Shown: positions 15,181 through 18,001 of the stretch, one piece after another
Layout of the letters: every line of letters starts with the position of its first letter
Numbering within the stretch: position 1 is the stretch's first letter
Assembly: GCA_046861395.1 (NCBI GenBank)
Contig: JBHHUC010000041.1
Span: 1 to 18,001 of the forward strand
Source of the DNA: Fidelibacterota bacterium
GTDB taxonomy: Bacteria > Fidelibacterota > Marinisomatia > Marinisomatales > JABMOV01
DNA length: 18,001 nt
Reading direction: 5' to 3'
Notes under the pieces: generated by a model
Told to the model about the DNA's origin: nothing
The model's database searches: none
Seen by the model: only the letters and a program-made list of their open reading frames with translations
Position numbers and translations under genes: made by a program

Positions 15181-18001
15181 ATGAGCCAGAATAGCCGAAA
15201 ACCATATCTGCCGGTGGCATGGACAATGCTGATTACATTCATTGTCGTCTCATGTGATTTCCAAAGTCCGGCCAATTTTGAAATGCCTACCTGGTTCATG
15301 GATTTGAAAATCCCCATTACCAGCGCATCCTACCCCTTGTCCGATATGGCGAATAGTGATTTTATTTCAACCACACCTGATTCCCAGGGCTTTCAGATCA
15401 TGTTTGAGGGGGATTTGCCTGACACATCCATCGATCCGTCCTATCTTCAGGTACCCATTAACCAGGACATACAACCGTCACAGCCTGCCGTGCCGGGGGT
15501 TTCGGTTGATTTTGTCCTTGATACTACTATAAATATTGTGATTCCCATGGCTCCGCTGGGATTTGTCGATATTGATACTTTAACGCAATTTCAGGTTCCC
15601 GCTGCCACAAACCACCGAATCCTTGCTTCCACCTGGAATACCATTGCCGCCAATTTCGATACTCTGATCCAGTTGGATATCAACATCCCCCAGATTGATC
15701 CGGCCCTCTTACCGGACTTCATAACTTCTGTGGATAAATTTATCATCGTTGAAGACGGTAATGGGAATACCAGTCTCTATCAAACGGATCTATTGAATAA
15801 CGGATTACCATCTGATGTGGAAAATATTCAATTCCGCCTCATGACTGATACGGCCGTTCCGATGGATACCCTGGCCAATCATACCAGGACAACATTGCCC
15901 AAGGACAGTTTGTTCAGTCAATCTACATCACTGAGCCGGGACTCTCTGGGAACGGGACTGCGCATGCAATTCGGTTTCGACTTGCAGCAAATTACAACTG
16001 CCGATACTATCACGATTAACGCCGGAGATTCGGTTCAGGTTAATATTGCCATCCGAATCCGAATCGGTGGAATTGACGGCGCCGTGGTGACGACGGCCCG
16101 GACCGATATTGCGCCGGAAATGCCCAGTGTGGATTTTCCCTCGGACATTGAATTGTATTCCGGGGCCTTTTCCTCAAATACAGGATTCGGAATCAATGAA
16201 ATTTCAGTCTCCAACCTGAAAAGCACCTTTCCCTTTGCCATCGACTTTTATCTCCATTTTCGAAATTTTCTGCCCCCGGCCGGTTCCGATTCGGTCAAGA
16301 TTGACACTACGCTATCAAATTCGATTCCGGCCATATCAAAGGACTGGAAGCTGGACGGCTATGTTTTTGCCAATCCCGATTCGCCGGACAGCGCATTGAC
16401 GACCCTGAATATTGATATGCGTGTGGTGCTCCAGGAACAGCAGACCGTCATTCCCCTCGATGGCAGTGACATGGGTTCCTTCGATATTCGTATCCAGGTA
16501 ACGGAATTTCATTTTGATTCGCTGCAGGCCAAACTGATTCAAAGTTTTCCGCCCTCATCCCAGGAAATGACCGGTCTCCCGCAAGGATTTACCGGGATGG
16601 CGTTCACGGATGTCCGGATCGAATTCGAAATGCTGAATCAAATTCAATTACCGGTAAATCTTGATATTGCGATTGTTGGCATAAGTGAGTTAGGTGATAC
16701 ATCACGTGTTACCGTGGTGGGCAATGTGGGGAGTCCTACGGTATCGACCGATACGGTAAAAACCATAATTCGTCTTTGGAAACAAGGCACTACATCCCTG
16801 ATTTATGCGTCACCCTCCGACACGACCTGGACGGACAGTATTACCGTTCCTCCGGGACCGGGTGAAACGACGATCGTGGATTTACTGTCCTCCAACCCGG
16901 CGTCAATCAATGTTGATGCGGCAGCCACCATTGACGGTCGCGGCAATATTGTTGTGGGAGCCAGTATTGGAGGGAGTTACCGCCTGATTGCACCCTTCGA
17001 AGTACGCATGGACCCTATGACTTTCATTCCGCAGACGCAGACCCCGCTGGCCGAAATGTCCCACGAGAATCGCAATATGATCCGGAATTCTCTCATTCGT
17101 GCCGATCTGAATACGAATGTCATTAATCATGTTCCCGTGGGCGGAGAAATAGCGATTCTTCAGTCCAACCAGTTTTACTTTCCCCTGGATACCACTGCCC
17201 AGAGTCTGTCGGCATTTCGTGATACCATGGTGGCGACCCAGGGTTGGTCGCCAACCGACAGCCTCTACATTATCCGCACCTGCGATTCACTGGATCCGTC
17301 CCTGGGGAATGTCTATATATTCAATATCCTCGATGATTATACCGGTTGTGTGGATGGGCTGGTCTACCTTGTGAAATCTTCCGGCAGCGCTGTGGATACG
17401 GTTATTTCCTATGTCGATACATTGGCCAAGATCATTTTACCCGATCCCCTGGAGATTTATGCCGATACGGCTACCACGGGACATCCCGGTGCCGTGGCAC
17501 AACCCGGTACCATTTCATATTCCAGTGTTGTCGATACCAACCGCATTCGATTAATGACCGATCCGGGTTCGCATTATATCGTACCGCGGTTCCAGTTGAA
17601 CGGCACCAACGGTCAGTCCGTATTTCTGTCCTTTGACGATTATATCAGCATTTCGGCCAATATTGTGTTTCGCGTCAGCAATACCGGTGTATTTGAGGCT
17701 CCACCCGATGAATTGGTGATCCAGTATCCCAACGGTGGTGAAACTCTCTTTATGAACCGGGACTATGTAATCAAATGGAAAACCTACGGGACGGTTAACC
17801 AGGTCAATCTGTACTATGGGGCCGGTGCCAGTATTTCACCTTCCGTGGCCGCCGATTGGTCCGTGATCGCCACTGAAATTGCCAATGTTGATTCCTTCCT
17901 CTGGACACCGGTTACAACTGCGGGCATTCTGGAACTGAATCCCACGCAGCGCGACAGTATCCGGGTCCGCATCGAAATCCCCAACAGCACGACCTATGAT
18001 G
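15181..18001 (+). CDS. Large uncharacterised lipoprotein (>940 aa, 3'-truncated; absent from the ORF track)
   Basis: Manual translation of frame 1 from ATG 15181 shows no stop to the window end. It begins MSQNSRKPYLPVAWTMLITFIVVS-C(15253-15255)DFQSPANFEMPTWFMDLKIPI. It is beta-rich and acidic, with an Ig-like YPNGGE...Y.I.W...V.L.Y...W..IA...N...F.W.P...IRVRI domain from ~17713. Confidence 0.88.
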   Translation, partial: MSQNSRKPYLPVAWTMLITFIVVSCDFQSPANFEMPTWFMDLKIPITSASYPLSDMANSDFISTTPDSQGFQIMFEGDLPDTSIDPSYLQVPINQDIQPSQPAVPGVSVDFVLDTTINIVIPMAPLGFVDIDTLTQFQVPAATNHRILASTWNTIAANFDTLIQLDINIPQIDPALLPDFITSVDKFIIVEDGNGNTSLYQTDLLNNGLPSDVENIQFRLMTDTAVPMDTLANHTRTTLPKDSLFSQSTSLSRDSLGTGLRMQFGFDLQQITTADTITINAGDSVQVNIAIRIRIGGIDGAVVTTARTDIAPEMPSVDFPSDIELYSGAFSSNTGFGINEISVSNLKSTFPFAIDFYLHFRNFLPPAGSDSVKIDTTLSNSIPAISKDWKLDGYVFANPDSPDSALTTLNIDMRVVLQEQQTVIPLDGSDMGSFDIRIQVTEFHFDSLQAKLIQSFPPSSQEMTGLPQGFTGMAFTDVRIEFEMLNQIQLPVNLDIAIVGISELGDTSRVTVVGNVGSPTVSTDTVKTIIRLWKQGTTSLIYASPSDTTWTDSITVPPGPGETTIVDLLSSNPASINVDAAATIDGRGNIVVGASIGGSYRLIAPFEVRMDPMTFIPQTQTPLAEMSHENRNMIRNSLIRADLNTNVINHVPVGGEIAILQSNQFYFPLDTTAQSLSAFRDTMVATQGWSPTDSLYIIRTCDSLDPSLGNVYIFNILDDYTGCVDGLVYLVKSSGSAVDTVISYVDTLAKIILPDPLEIYADTATTGHPGAVAQPGTISYSSVVDTNRIRLMTDPGSHYIVPRFQLNGTNGQSVFLSFDDYISISANIVFRVSNTGVFEAPPDELVIQYPNGGETLFMNRDYVIKWKTYGTVNQVNLYYGAGASISPSVAADWSVIATEIANVDSFLWTPVTTAGILELNPTQRDSIRVRIEIPNSTTYD

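Noticed and set aside
128..17636. Numerous 60-185 aa alternative-frame and antisense ORFs in the track (e.g. 244-684, 4687-5199, 8654-8890, 8718-9275, 13751-14239, 14700-14972, 15114-15317, 16035-17636)
   Set aside because: They overlap well-supported genes and show no recognisable motifs; they are shadow ORFs.
1..18001. CRISPR array, diversity-generating retroelement, IS/prophage or tRNA/rRNA
   Set aside because: I saw no spaced identical repeats, no adenine-specific TR/VR pair, no reverse transcriptase, transposase or integrase, and no tRNA cloverleaf. The DNA repeats are degenerate and explained by protein modules.

Overview
This is an ~18 kb bacterial chromosomal window. It most likely comes from an FCB-superphylum organism and looks Marinimicrobia/Marinisomatota-like; this is inferred from the NYPNPFNP C-terminal sorting domain, a dockerin-tagged protease and the lipoprotein style. 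Genes from left to right: (1) the 3' part of a giant Cys-free Ig/cadherin-repeat surface protein (>2195 aa, open from base 1) with a T9SS-A/FlgD-like C-terminal domain; (2) an overlapping TPR-like lipoprotein; (3) tadA; (4) a convergent enoyl-CoA hydratase; (5) a secreted S8 subtilase with an FN3-like domain and a C-terminal dockerin; (6) an exported TlpA-like CxxC protein overlapping (7) a core-only cystathionine beta-synthase; (8) a fabG-like SDR; (9) hsp20, with a cUUCGg terminator and a sigma54-like promoter; (10) an orphan RifK/AHBA-synthase-like DegT aminotransferase; (11) after a 404-bp intergenic region with a hairpin, a >940-aa lipoprotein that runs off the right edge and is missing from the ORF track. 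No rRNA, tRNA, CRISPR or mobile element was seen. The strongest unexplained signals concern the cell surface: a strong, domain-specific enrichment of Bacteroidetes-type D-(S/T)-hydrophobic O-glycosylation sequons in exported proteins, and two different C-terminal tags (T9SS-like CTD and dockerin) on neighbouring secreted proteins.
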